A stretch of 64,000 bases of DNA, from positions 352,001 to 416,000 of the forward strand of contig JBMNLZ010000003.1 of assembly GCA_050953065.1 (NCBI GenBank), read 5' to 3'. Of this stretch, positions 63,880 to 64,000 are shown piece after piece. The stretch's first letter is position 1. Every line of letters starts with the position of its first letter. Both the position numbers and the translations under genes were made by a program. The notes below the pieces were generated by a model, which did no database searches, was not told where the DNA came from, and saw nothing but the letters and a program-made list of their open reading frames with translations. Origin of the DNA: Bacilli bacterium. GTDB lineage: Bacteria > Bacillota_I > Bacilli_A > ML615J-28 > CAG-698.

Positions 63880-64000
63880 AAACTTTCCCCTTAAATCTAT
63901 TATAAAAATTATCAAATGTGATTTTTTTAATTACATTATCACTATAGCCTTTAACACGAAGCCTTTCAATTAAAAGATTAATTTCAGTTACTTTAGAAAT

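Noticed and set aside
62812-63915. Beta-lactam resistance gene
   Set aside because: The motifs and neighbourhood fit the AmiE-like amidase/esterase branch, and there is no signal peptide.

Overview
A low-GC chromosomal window with almost all genes on the minus strand. The 16S 3' end (GGGGATGGATCACCTCCTTTCT), the short 5S rRNA, the single tRNA-Ile in the spacer and the use of TGA as a stop codon suggest an Acholeplasmatales-like member of the Mollicutes/Bacilli. This placement is an inference. (1) 1-4500: the edge of a probable island downstream of tmRNA, carrying an Xre regulator, a UvrD-type helicase fused to an Fe-S PD-(D/E)XK nuclease, a Type III Mod-like adenine methyltransferase, and a 19/20-bp iteron-like repeat array. 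(2) 4540-15344: housekeeping genes ssrA, smpB, rnr, secG, lon, clpX, tig and tRNA-Arg, plus a degenerate trigger-factor paralogue. (3) 15473-17380: a zincin and a poly-A-frameshifted Fic gene with a 12-bp repeat array upstream. (4) 17412-23364: rsmD, a lipid kinase, a heterodimeric ABC exporter and a thioredoxin-like protein. (5) 23532-28740: an rRNA operon with tRNA-Ile, -Asn and -Glu. (6) 28849-64000: a ~35-kb amino-sugar/peptidoglycan catabolic locus (MurQ, AnmK, two NagZ, NamZ, AmiE-like, DigH-like, GH20, NagB, PIG-L, two GNATs). It surrounds a SBP-permease-NHL-Yip1-DUF5696 uptake cassette and Ig-domain lipoproteins. This locus is the best candidate for an undescribed system: foraging on foreign cell walls by a probably wall-less bacterium.
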